Assembly (NCBI GenBank): GCA_963617415.1
Contig: CAVEOK010000007.1
Location: 11,692 to 75,691, forward strand
Direction: 5' to 3'
Source of the DNA: Oscillospiraceae bacterium
GTDB lineage: Bacteria; Bacillota; Clostridia; Lachnospirales; Lachnospiraceae
Length of the DNA stretch: 64,000 nt
Of this stretch, positions 55,565-64,000 are shown piece after piece (the stretch's first letter is position 1; each line of letters opens with the position of its first letter). The notes beneath the pieces are model-generated. The model made no database searches and was not told the origin of the DNA. It saw nothing but the letters and a program-made list of their open reading frames with translations. The translations under genes were made by a program, and so were the position numbers.

Positions 55565-56578
55565 TTAGGAAAGCTTCAGAAGATGCTTTTCAATCTCTGC
55601 CTGATTCAGATCCTCGCCAATGACGATTAAAACCTCTTGTCCCTTTGTGACTTCTTTCAGACTGAAATCCTGCCTGCTTGCATTTAGCTGCAGATAGTGA
55701 TTGTCGGGAAGAGAGAAAAAGCCTTTTATACGAATGACATTTCCACAGGAAGCATCAGAAAAGATGCTTTCTGTGCTTTTTTTTATCGTATAGGAAACTT
55801 CGTTTCTATGAGTTTTTTCGCTTAAGGCATCCATATCGGACATTTCGTCTGCGATCAGAGTGAGATGGGGGCAGTTTTCCTTCATAAAGAAAAGAGAAGT
55901 GTAGTCTGATCGTTCACTTAAGGGCAGCTTCCTGTAATCTGCATAGGAATAACCGCAGGAAAGCAGCTTCTGCCAGTCTTCTTCTGTAAGAAGAGACCAG
56001 TCCTTGTCAAAGAGGATGGGAGAAATTGCTTTTTTGCATTGAAAGTCCTGCATAGAAGCTTCTAGAGCAGAGAGGGTAGAGGCAAGTTCTTCCGGGGAAG
56101 CAAGCTGGGTACGGCTCAAAACAATCGCACCGGCAGATGCAGCTTGGGAGACCAGCATATAAGAGGATGCATCCGACAGGGGCGTATGCAGTCTGGCATC
56201 CAGAAGGGTAATGACATTTCCGATTTTATACCAGCGATCAAGCGGCTCCTCATGCAGAAGATCGAAGAATTCATCAACATCATAAATGCCGGAAGGCTCT
56301 ACAATGATTCTGTTATAGCCCAGCATAGCCATGGAGATCAGCTTGCTGCGAAGCCTTCTTTGATGATCTGCCGGACTGTTTCCGCCAATGACCATTTCCA
56401 GGTCACAGCCTGCCTCTTCCAGATCCTGCAGGATCATCAGATCGATATTGATGGCACCGTAATCACTTTCGATAATACCGATGCGCTGCTCCTCCTTCAG
56501 AAGTTGTTTGGCATATTTTTGAATAAAGCTTGTCTTGCCGGCACCCAGAAAGCCGGTAATCAGGTCAATCTTGATCAT
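55565..56578 (-). CDS. CobW/COG0523-like P-loop GTPase lacking the CxCC motif
   Basis: ITGFLGAGKTSF Walker A, VEPSG switch, and a CobW_C-like C-terminus (VIRIKGFF). GCDLEM sits where GCICC is expected. Confidence 0.75.
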   Translation of the reverse strand: MIKIDLITGFLGAGKTSFIQKYAKQLLKEEQRIGIIESDYGAINIDLMILQDLEEAGCDLEMVIGGNSPADHQRRLRSKLISMAMLGYNRIIVEPSGIYDVDEFFDLLHEEPLDRWYKIGNVITLLDARLHTPLSDASSYMLVSQAASAGAIVLSRTQLASPEELASTLSALEASMQDFQCKKAISPILFDKDWSLLTEEDWQKLLSCGYSYADYRKLPLSERSDYTSLFFMKENCPHLTLIADEMSDMDALSEKTHRNEVSYTIKKSTESIFSDASCGNVIRIKGFFSLPDNHYLQLNASRQDFSLKEVTKGQEVLIVIGEDLNQAEIEKHLLKLS

Positions 56579-56587
56579 ATTTTCTCC

Positions 56588-57568
56588 TTAAATCCATCCC
56601 AGACTTTTCAGCAGCCAGAGCCAGAAGGTAAGGCTGAAGGCACAGCCAAAGGTGGTAAGCATGACTGCAGCTGAGGTCAAAACACCGTCATGTCCCATGT
56701 TTTTGGCCATGACATAACAGCTTACGGTAGAAGCGGAACCGGACATAACCAAAAGAGCTACCAGTTCCTGATTGCGGAAGCCCAGCAAAGCACCAAAGGG
56801 CAGGAAGATGGCACTTAAGCCAAAGAGCTTGATCAGGGCAGCGACCAGAGCAGGAATCGCATCCTTTTTCATCTCGGAAAAGCGAACCGAAGCGCCCATT
56901 GCCATCAGTCCCAGAGGTGTTGCAAGAACAGCAACATTGTGGATCGTAGAGGACAGAACCGAGGGAAGGGGGATTCGGAGTACAGACCAGATAAGACCGA
57001 ATAAAATACCCAGAATGATCGGATTTGTGATAATTCCGATAAGGGTCTTTTTGGCAAGTGCTGCCTTTTCTTTGCCGGAGGAAAGAGCATGCGAAGAAGA
57101 AGCTTCGGCATTTGCACTGAGTGTTAGGATAATGACAGCAGCTGCATTGTAAAGAGGAACACTTCCCAGAATCATAAGGGAAGCCATGCTGCTGTTTCCG
57201 TCTCCGTAGATGGCTTGGATAAAGGCAAGTCCCAAAATGGCAGCAGAACTGCGATAGCTGACCTGAATGAACTCTCCCCTTTTCCCTTTGTCCTTTAGCA
57301 GGAGAAAGGAAATGACTGTGATCAGCAGAATGGAGATCAGGGTTGCGATAAAGCAGAAGAGAACGAATTTTCCGTTCCAGGCAGCGGCAAAGTCTTGAAC
57401 TGCCAGATCCTGAAAAAGAAGGACAGGCAGGGCAATCTTGAAAACAAAGCTGTTGAGTGAATTGGTAAAGCTTTCTCCCATGATGCCGGTCTTATGAAAA
57501 AAGAGCCCAAGCAGCATGGTGAAAAAGATTGGCATGGTTGCATTTAAACTAAAAATCAGATTTTCCAT
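56588..57568 (-). CDS. AEC (auxin efflux carrier) family permease
   Basis: About 10 TM segments. The N-terminus LNATMPIFFTMLLGLF is typical of the AEC family. Confidence 0.8.
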   Translation of the reverse strand: MENLIFSLNATMPIFFTMLLGLFFHKTGIMGESFTNSLNSFVFKIALPVLLFQDLAVQDFAAAWNGKFVLFCFIATLISILLITVISFLLLKDKGKRGEFIQVSYRSSAAILGLAFIQAIYGDGNSSMASLMILGSVPLYNAAAVIILTLSANAEASSSHALSSGKEKAALAKKTLIGIITNPIILGILFGLIWSVLRIPLPSVLSSTIHNVAVLATPLGLMAMGASVRFSEMKKDAIPALVAALIKLFGLSAIFLPFGALLGFRNQELVALLVMSGSASTVSCYVMAKNMGHDGVLTSAAVMLTTFGCAFSLTFWLWLLKSLGWI

Positions 57569-57653
57569 AATGCACCCATTATAAGCAGTTTCTCTTCTTT
57601 TTACAAATAAAGTGCATATGGAAAGAAGAAGTCTCTTGTGCTAAACTCATCCT

Positions 57654-58061
57654 ATGAAAAATTTAGAAGAAAGCAGAAAATATTTTGCAAATGACCGCTA
57701 TGCAACTGAGCTGACGGGCATTATAATTGATGAGGTTCGGGAGGACTATGCAAAATGCAGCATGGAAATCCGCCCGCAGCACTTGAATGCAAACGGTTTT
57801 GTGATGGGTGGAGCGATCTTTACCCTGGCTGATTTTGCATTTGCGGCTGCATCGAACACAGAAGAGAGAAATAGCGTTTCCCTGTCCAGCACGATTGAAT
57901 ATTTCCGTCCGGCAAAGGGCAGTGCCCTCTATGCCGAGGCTGTCTGCAAAAAAGGAGGAAGACAGGTCGGATTTTATGAGATTACAGTGACAGACGAGGA
58001 AGGAAAGAAGATCGCACAGGTGAATACCAGCGGATTCTTTTCTGCCGGAAGCAAGGAGTGA
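57654..58061 (+). CDS. PaaI-family hotdog-fold thioesterase
   Basis: NANGFVMGGAIFTLADFAF motif, 135 aa. Confidence 0.8.
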   Translation: MKNLEESRKYFANDRYATELTGIIIDEVREDYAKCSMEIRPQHLNANGFVMGGAIFTLADFAFAAASNTEERNSVSLSSTIEYFRPAKGSALYAEAVCKKGGRQVGFYEITVTDEEGKKIAQVNTSGFFSAGSKE

Positions 58062-59425
58062 GTATGAATATTATTGTTGTGGGCTGTGGAAAGGTAGGCG
58101 GAAGTGTTGCCGGACAGCTCAGTGATGAGGATCATAATATTACAGTCATTGACATCAATCCCAAGACGATTGAATCTATTTCCATCAAATATGATGTGAT
58201 CGGCATGATCGGCAATGCCGGCAGTGCCAAGGTAATGAAGCAGGCAGGAATTGAACATGCGGATCTGCTTCTGGCCCTGACCGGAGATGATGAGCTGAAC
58301 CTGCTCTGCTGTCTCTTTGGCCGTACCCTTGGTAAATGCAAGACCGTTGCCCGGATCAAGAATCCGATCTATGAGGATGAGATCGGCGTTCTGCAGGAGG
58401 AGCTGGGACTGGCCATGATCGTCAATTCCGAGCGTCTGGCCGCTCAGGAGGTTGCCAGAGTGGTTCGTTTTCCGGCAGCCCAGAGGGTGGATACCTTCAA
58501 TAAGGGCCGAGTGGAGCTTCTGCGCTACCGAATTCCGGCGGAATCCAAATTTGACGGATGCTCGGTTGCAGATATGAACCAAAAATATCATCTGGATGCC
58601 CTGATCTGTGCGGTTGAGCAGGCAGACGGCAATGTTGTTATTCCGAATGGTGATTTTATTCTTCATTCCAAGGATGTGATTTCCTTTGCCACAGCACCGA
58701 ACAGGGAAAATCAGCTCATGCAGATCTTCGGTATCGGCAAGACCAGAACCAACAGCTGTATGATCGTTGGCGGAGGCGGGATTGCCTATTATCTGGCCAA
58801 GCAGCTGATGCAGATGGGCATCAGCGTCACCATCATAGAAAAAAATAAGGAGCGTTGTCAGCATCTGGCGGATCAGCTGGAGGGCGCCGTTATTATTTAC
58901 GGAGACGCGATCGATGAGTCTATTTTGGAAGAGGAAGGCCTTGCCCAGACAGACAGCTTTGCAGCCCTGACCAATATGGATGAGACCAATATTATCCTGA
59001 CACTTTTCGCTCAGAAGAAAACCAGAGCAAAGCTGATCACCAAGGTGCATTCCCTGAATATCGACAGTGTTCTTGGCAATATGGATCTGGATACGGTTGT
59101 CTGCCCGAAGAATGTCGTTGCGGATATGGTTTCCCAGTATGTAAGGGCAATGAGCAATTCCGTGGGAAGTAATGTAGAGACCCTCTATCATCTGATCAAT
59201 AATAAGGTTGAGGCACTGGAATTTATTATCAAGGCCAACTGCCTGATGATCGGAAAGCCCCTGATGGAGCTGAATCTGAAGGAAGGCGTGATTATTGCCT
59301 CTATCTGCCGCGGCCGGCAGGTTATTATTCCCAACGGTAAAAGTGTGATCCGGGAGGGAGACAGCGTGATCGTTGTAACAACCAGACGCGGTGTAAATGA
59401 TATTGTGGATATATTGGATATTTAA
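58058..59425 (+). CDS. trkA: Trk potassium-uptake protein TrkA (two RCK units)
   Basis: IIVVGCGKVG and MIVGGGGIAY Rossmann repeats. ATGA-type overlap with the upstream gene. Confidence 0.9.
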   Translation: MSMNIIVVGCGKVGGSVAGQLSDEDHNITVIDINPKTIESISIKYDVIGMIGNAGSAKVMKQAGIEHADLLLALTGDDELNLLCCLFGRTLGKCKTVARIKNPIYEDEIGVLQEELGLAMIVNSERLAAQEVARVVRFPAAQRVDTFNKGRVELLRYRIPAESKFDGCSVADMNQKYHLDALICAVEQADGNVVIPNGDFILHSKDVISFATAPNRENQLMQIFGIGKTRTNSCMIVGGGGIAYYLAKQLMQMGISVTIIEKNKERCQHLADQLEGAVIIYGDAIDESILEEEGLAQTDSFAALTNMDETNIILTLFAQKKTRAKLITKVHSLNIDSVLGNMDLDTVVCPKNVVADMVSQYVRAMSNSVGSNVETLYHLINNKVEALEFIIKANCLMIGKPLMELNLKEGVIIASICRGRQVIIPNGKSVIREGDSVIVVTTRRGVNDIVDILDI

Positions 59426-59442
59426 GAGGAGAGGTCTTTCAG

Positions 59443-60882
59443 ATGAATCGTAGAGCGATTGCACGTGTTACGGGACTTGTCCTGATCATAGAAGCGGTTT
59501 TGCTGCTGCTGCCCTTGCTGGTGTCCTTTATCTACGGAGAAGGGGATACCATCAAAGCCTTTTTGATAAGCATAGGCATCACCCTTTTGGCTGGTATTAT
59601 CCTGTCGGCTCTGTCAGGAAAATCAACAACCTTTTATGCGAAGGAGGGCCTGGTTACCGTCGCCCTAAGCTGGGTTATGATCAGCCTTTTCGGAGCCCTT
59701 CCTTTTGTGATCGAGGGAGCGATCCCGAATTATATTGATGCGGTTTTTGAGGTGATTTCCGGCTTTACAACAACAGGATCCAGTATCCTGACGGACGTAG
59801 AGGCTCTGTCTCACGGACTTTTGTTTTGGAGAAGCTTTACCAACTGGATTGGCGGCATGGGTGTTCTTGTCTTTATGCTGGCGATCCTGCCCAGGGATAA
59901 AGCCTACAATATGCATCTCATGCGGGCAGAGAGTCCGGGCCCCCAGGTAGACAAGCTGGTTCCCAGAGTCCGCAAATCAGCAGAGATTCTTTATGAGATT
60001 TATTTTGGAATTACGGTCGGAGGCATTATTCTCCTGATTCTGGCCGGTATGCCTGTTTTTGATGCTTTTTGTCTCAGCTTCAGCTCAGCCGGAACAGGCG
60101 GCTTTGGTATTTTGAACAGCAGTATCGGCTCCTACACGACCTTGCAGCAGCTGATTCTGACCGTCTTTATGCTGGCCTGCGGGGTGAATTTTAACCTTTA
60201 TTATCTGATTCTGGTCAAACAGGCCAGAAGTGCTTTTCGGTCAGAAGAGCTTCGGGTTTATATTGGGATCATACTTGGAGCCGCTGCATTGATCACCATT
60301 GATATTCATTCCTTATACAATAGCTGGCTTTATGCCGGAAAGGATGCCCTGGTACAGGTTGCATCCATTATCACGACGACAGGCTTTGCCTCCACGGATT
60401 TTAATCTCTGGCCCACCCTGTCAAAGACCATACTGGTTCTTTTGATGTTCTGCGGCGGCTGTGCCTCCAGTACGGCAGGCGGAATCAAGGTCAGCCGTCT
60501 GGTCATCGGCTATAAGCTAGTCAAGAAGGAGGTCAAAACCTTCATTCACCCCAGAAGCGTTCGTTCCATCAGTATGGACGGCAATGTACTGGGAGAGAGC
60601 GTAACCAGAGGCGTTTGCGTATATTATGTAATTTATGCGATGATTTTCCTGGTCTCCATGTTTTTGATCGCCTTTAATGAATTGGATATGGAAACAACCT
60701 TCACTTCGGTTGCAACCTGCTTCAATAATGTAGGACCGGGACTCAGTCTGGTGGGACCGACCGGTAATTTTGCTTCTTTATCCTACCTGAGCAAGATTGT
60801 TCTCGGTATTGATATGCTGGCAGGAAGACTGGAGATCTTCCCCATGATCGTGCTTCTTTTCCCAAGAGCCTGGAAACACTAA
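59443..60882 (+). CDS. trkH: TrkH-family potassium transporter
   Basis: Repeated pore-loop motifs (SGFTTTGSS, SSAGTGGF, TTTGFAS, SSTAGGIK). Confidence 0.9.
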   Translation: MNRRAIARVTGLVLIIEAVLLLLPLLVSFIYGEGDTIKAFLISIGITLLAGIILSALSGKSTTFYAKEGLVTVALSWVMISLFGALPFVIEGAIPNYIDAVFEVISGFTTTGSSILTDVEALSHGLLFWRSFTNWIGGMGVLVFMLAILPRDKAYNMHLMRAESPGPQVDKLVPRVRKSAEILYEIYFGITVGGIILLILAGMPVFDAFCLSFSSAGTGGFGILNSSIGSYTTLQQLILTVFMLACGVNFNLYYLILVKQARSAFRSEELRVYIGIILGAAALITIDIHSLYNSWLYAGKDALVQVASIITTTGFASTDFNLWPTLSKTILVLLMFCGGCASSTAGGIKVSRLVIGYKLVKKEVKTFIHPRSVRSISMDGNVLGESVTRGVCVYYVIYAMIFLVSMFLIAFNELDMETTFTSVATCFNNVGPGLSLVGPTGNFASLSYLSKIVLGIDMLAGRLEIFPMIVLLFPRAWKH

Positions 60883-60964
60883 GCATTGAGAAATATCTTT
60901 ATTTGTTATATGATTAAGAAATGATAACTGCACATGTACAGCAGAAAAGAAAGGAAAGCCTACT

Positions 60965-61681
60965 ATGGAAATCATGGACCTGAAAAATGAGCTGACAAAG
61001 AACAGCTATCCGGGAAGAGGAATTGTTGTTGGAAAATCTGCAGACGGAAAGAAAGCCGTAACTGCCTACTTTATTATGGGCAGAAGTGTAAACAGCCGTA
61101 ATCGCGTTTTTGTTGAGGACGGGGAAGGCATTCGTACACAGGCTTTTGATGAATCCAAGCTCAGTGATCCCAGCCTGATCATCTATGCACCGGTACGTGT
61201 ACTGGGTGCCAATACGATCGTAACAAACGGCGATCAGACAGATACGATTTTTGATGGCGTGGACGAGGGACTGACCTTTGAGCAGAGCCTTCTGACCCGT
61301 GAGTTTGAGCCGGACGGCCCCAACTATACCCCTCGTATTTCTGCAATCATGCATGTGGAGAATGCGGCATACGATTATTCCATGTCTATTCTCAAGAGCG
61401 ACAACGGAAATCCGGATGCCTGCCTGAGATTTACGTATGCTTATGCAGCTCCTCTGGCGGGAGAGGGACATTTTATTCATACCTATATGCATGACGGAAA
61501 TCCCCTGCCCAGCTTTGAGGGAGAGCCGAAGAGGGTTGCGATCGAGGCAGAAGACATTGACAGCTTTGCAGATGGCATCTGGAATGCACTCAATGAAGAA
61601 AATAAGGTTTCCCTTTTTGTCAGATTTATCGATATCGAAACGGGCAAATACGAAACAAGAATCATCAACAAAAACAAATAA
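60965..61681 (+). CDS. purO: IMP cyclohydrolase, PurO-like
   Basis: NSYPGRGIVVGKSADGKKAVTAYFIMGRS N-terminus typical of the archaeal-type IMP cyclohydrolase family. Adjacent to an AICARFT-only PurH. Confidence 0.8.
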   Translation: MEIMDLKNELTKNSYPGRGIVVGKSADGKKAVTAYFIMGRSVNSRNRVFVEDGEGIRTQAFDESKLSDPSLIIYAPVRVLGANTIVTNGDQTDTIFDGVDEGLTFEQSLLTREFEPDGPNYTPRISAIMHVENAAYDYSMSILKSDNGNPDACLRFTYAYAAPLAGEGHFIHTYMHDGNPLPSFEGEPKRVAIEAEDIDSFADGIWNALNEENKVSLFVRFIDIETGKYETRIINKNK

Positions 61682-61692
61682 GGAGAAAGAGC

Positions 61693-62871
61693 ATGAACGA
61701 ACTTGAATTAAAATATGGCTGCAATCCGAATCAGAAGCCTTCCCGTATCCTGATGCAGGATGGATCCGATCTGCCGGTAACGGTTCTGAACGGAAAGCCG
61801 GGATATATTAACTTTCTGGATGCTTTAAACGGCTGGCAGCTGGTAAAGGAACTGAAGAAGGCAACCGGACTTCCGGCAGCAACCTCCTTTAAGCATGTAT
61901 CTCCGGCAGGTGCTGCAGTCGGTCTTCCCCTTTCTGATACCTTGGCAAAGATTTACTGGGTAGATGACTTGGGTGAGCTTTCTCCTCTGGCATCTGCATA
62001 TGCAAGAGCAAGAGGCGCAGACAGAATGTCTTCCTTCGGCGATTTCATTTCCCTGTCTGATGTCTGTGATGTTTCCACTGCAAAGATCATCAAGAGAGAG
62101 GTTTCCGATGGTGTGATCGCACCGGGCTATGAGCCGGAAGCACTTGAGATCCTCAAGAGCAAGAAGAATGGCAATTACAATATCATTCAGATCGATCCAG
62201 ATTATGTACCGGCACCGGTTGAACAGAAGATGGTTTACGGTGTAACCTTTGAGCAGGGAAGAAATGAGCTGGACATTAACGAAGAGCTTCTTTCCAATGT
62301 GGTAACAGAGGAAAAGAACATTCCGGAGGATGCAAAAAGAGATCTGATGATCGCTTTGATCACTCTGAAGTATACCCAGTCCAATTCCGTAGCCTATGCT
62401 TATGACGGACAGGCAATCGGTATCGGAGCAGGACAGCAGTCCAGAGTACACTGTACAAGACTGGCAGGTTCAAAGGCTGACAACTGGATGCTTCGCCAGT
62501 GCCCGAAGGTAATGAACCTTCAGTTTGTAGATGGCCTTGGACGCGCTAACCGCGATAATGCGATCGATAATTATATTGGCGATGAATATATGGATGTTCT
62601 GGCTGACGGCAAGTGGGAGAAGATCTTCAAGGTTAAGCCGGAGGTCTTCACAGCAGAAGAGAAAGAAGCATGGATCAGTCAGTTTGACGGCATTTCCATT
62701 GGCTCAGATGCCTTCTTCCCCTTCAGTGACAATATCGAAAGAGCGAGAAAGAGCCGCGTGAAATATGTTGCACAGCCGGGCGGATCTGTAAGAGATCAGA
62801 TCGTGATCGATGCCTGCAATGAATATGGAATGGCAATGGCCTTCACAGGAATCCGTCTCTTCCATCACTAA
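61693..62871 (+). CDS. purH: AICAR formyltransferase (PurH transformylase domain only)
   Basis: LKYGCNPNQ start, SFKHVSPAGAA and IGIGAGQQSRV motifs. The N-terminal MGS-like cyclohydrolase domain is absent. Confidence 0.9.
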   Translation: MNELELKYGCNPNQKPSRILMQDGSDLPVTVLNGKPGYINFLDALNGWQLVKELKKATGLPAATSFKHVSPAGAAVGLPLSDTLAKIYWVDDLGELSPLASAYARARGADRMSSFGDFISLSDVCDVSTAKIIKREVSDGVIAPGYEPEALEILKSKKNGNYNIIQIDPDYVPAPVEQKMVYGVTFEQGRNELDINEELLSNVVTEEKNIPEDAKRDLMIALITLKYTQSNSVAYAYDGQAIGIGAGQQSRVHCTRLAGSKADNWMLRQCPKVMNLQFVDGLGRANRDNAIDNYIGDEYMDVLADGKWEKIFKVKPEVFTAEEKEAWISQFDGISIGSDAFFPFSDNIERARKSRVKYVAQPGGSVRDQIVIDACNEYGMAMAFTGIRLFHH

Positions 62872-62892
62872 GAAAAAGGAATCAAAAAGAAA

Positions 62893-63723
62893 ATGAATAC
62901 ATACGAAAAATTACAGCACTGCCTGAAACAGGTTCGGGAGCTTACGGATTTTGTCCCTAAGGTGGCTCTTGTACTGGGATCCGGTCTTGGCGACTATGCG
63001 AAGCAGATCAAGCCGGTTTGCGAAATTGACTATCATCAGATTGATGGTTTCCCGGTTTCAACAGCACCCGGTCATGCAGGAAAGTTTATTTTCGGATATT
63101 CAGATGATGTACCGGTCGTTCTTATGAACGGCCGTGTGCATTATTATGAGGGATATTCGATTCAGGATGTTGTTTTGCCGATTCGTCTCATGGGACTTCT
63201 GGGAGCAGAGGTCTTATTTTTGACAAATGCAACCGGCGGAATCAATAAATCTTATAATGTCGGCGATCTGATGCTGATCACGGGACAAATTTCTTCCTTT
63301 GTTCCCAATCCCCTTGTCGGTCCCAATATCGATGAGCTGGGCGTGCGTTTCCCAGATATGACAGAGGTTTATAAGAAGGATCTGCAGGAGATCATCCGTT
63401 CTGTGGCAAGAGAAAATCAGATTCCCCTGCAGGAGGGGGTTTATGTACAGACGACCGGTCCCAGCTATGAATCTCCGGAGGAGATCAATATGTTCCGCAT
63501 TCTGGGAGCAGATGCCGTCGGCATGAGTACGGTCGTAGAAGCCATCGCAGCAAATCATATGGGCATGCGGGTATGCGGTATTTCCTGTATTTCCAATAAG
63601 GCGGCAGGATTGAATGAGGAGCCCCTTACCCATGAGGAAATCAAGATTGCGGCAGATGCGGCAGCACCCAGATTTACAAAGCTTGTTACGGAATCAATTC
63701 AGAAAATTGCAGAGGCAATCTGA
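62893..63723 (+). CDS. purine-nucleoside phosphorylase (trimeric PNP family)
   Basis: LGSGLG, HAGKF, GPSYESPEE and GADAVGMSTV motifs. Confidence 0.9.
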   Translation: MNTYEKLQHCLKQVRELTDFVPKVALVLGSGLGDYAKQIKPVCEIDYHQIDGFPVSTAPGHAGKFIFGYSDDVPVVLMNGRVHYYEGYSIQDVVLPIRLMGLLGAEVLFLTNATGGINKSYNVGDLMLITGQISSFVPNPLVGPNIDELGVRFPDMTEVYKKDLQEIIRSVARENQIPLQEGVYVQTTGPSYESPEEINMFRILGADAVGMSTVVEAIAANHMGMRVCGISCISNKAAGLNEEPLTHEEIKIAADAAAPRFTKLVTESIQKIAEAI

Positions 63724-63746
63724 CAGCAGATAAAGAAGGAAATAAA

Positions 63747-64000
63747 ATGAATATCAGATTTTATAATGCAAGAATCCTGACCATGGATGACACCTTTGAC
63801 ATCCTGGAGGGAGAACTTTGGGTGAAAGGAAATAAAATTCGTTATATCGGTGACGGTAAGGATACGGAGCGGATCCTGAAAGAGGAAGAGGAAGGACGGA
63901 TCGAATGGGATCGGGAAATCGATGTCAAAAGAAATCTCCTGATGCCGGGATTTAAGGATGCGCATACCCATACAGCAATGACCTTCCTCCGTTCCTATGC
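63747..64000 (+). CDS. amidohydrolase-superfamily deaminase (MtaD/SAH-MTA deaminase-like), N-terminal fragment running off the window
   Basis: ATG at 63747 preceded by AAGGAAATAAA. The translation MNIRFYNARILTM...LLMPGFKDAHTHTAMTF contains the HxH metal motif. Confidence 0.7.
   Translation, partial: MNIRFYNARILTMDDTFDILEGELWVKGNKIRYIGDGKDTERILKEEEEGRIEWDREIDVKRNLLMPGFKDAHTHTAMTFLRSY

Noticed and set aside
57569-57653. A c-di-AMP (ydaO/kimA-type) riboswitch ahead of the PaaI-trkA-trkH genes, and a purine riboswitch ahead of purO (60883-60964).
   Set aside because: Both gaps are only about 80 nt and AT-rich. They lack the conserved helices, such as the guanine-riboswitch three-way junction or the pseudo-symmetric ydaO motifs.

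Overview
This is 64 kb of a medium-GC Firmicutes chromosome that looks Clostridia / Lachnospiraceae-like. It is densely coding, with about 75 CDS and one partial tRNA. I saw no rRNA, CRISPR array, transposase, integrase or phage genes. The backbone is housekeeping: queH, argH, asd, topB, rpiB, nudC, degV, DAHP synthase, tyrS, a MoxR-DUF58 triad, a complete glutamate-to-precorrin-2/sirohydrochlorin operon (sirC-like, hemA, hemC, cobA/hemD, hemB, hemL), trkAH, purO/purH and PNP. The main stand-outs are: (1) At 39.3-44.3 kb, a LysR regulator, an anion permease, three tandem divergent NTF2/SnoaL-like paralogues and a 116-aa protein form a tightly coupled module. Its Arg codon usage differs from neighbouring genes, and I cannot assign it a pathway. 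(2) At 48.9-54.3 kb, a protein-thiocarboxylate sulfur-assimilation cluster (TrxR-like, MetY, small siroheme sulfite reductase, TusA-like, atypical thioredoxin, ThiS-like carrier with a one-residue Cys cap, ThiF-like E1, JAMM protease) resembles the Wolinella HcyS/HcyF/HcyD/MetY system with extra components. (3) A T-box leader whose specifier reads UGG (Trp) controls a GldA-like dehydrogenase and a YkvI-like permease. A second, non-T-box attenuator sits between it and the genes and looks like an insertion flanked by direct repeats. (4) A roughly 115-nt unit bounded by a promoter and a terminator lies upstream of tyrS, which has no recognisable T-box. (5) A composite palindromic element occurs in two copies. 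All protein calls rest on motif and family recognition by eye from the supplied translations. No database search or folding computation was run.
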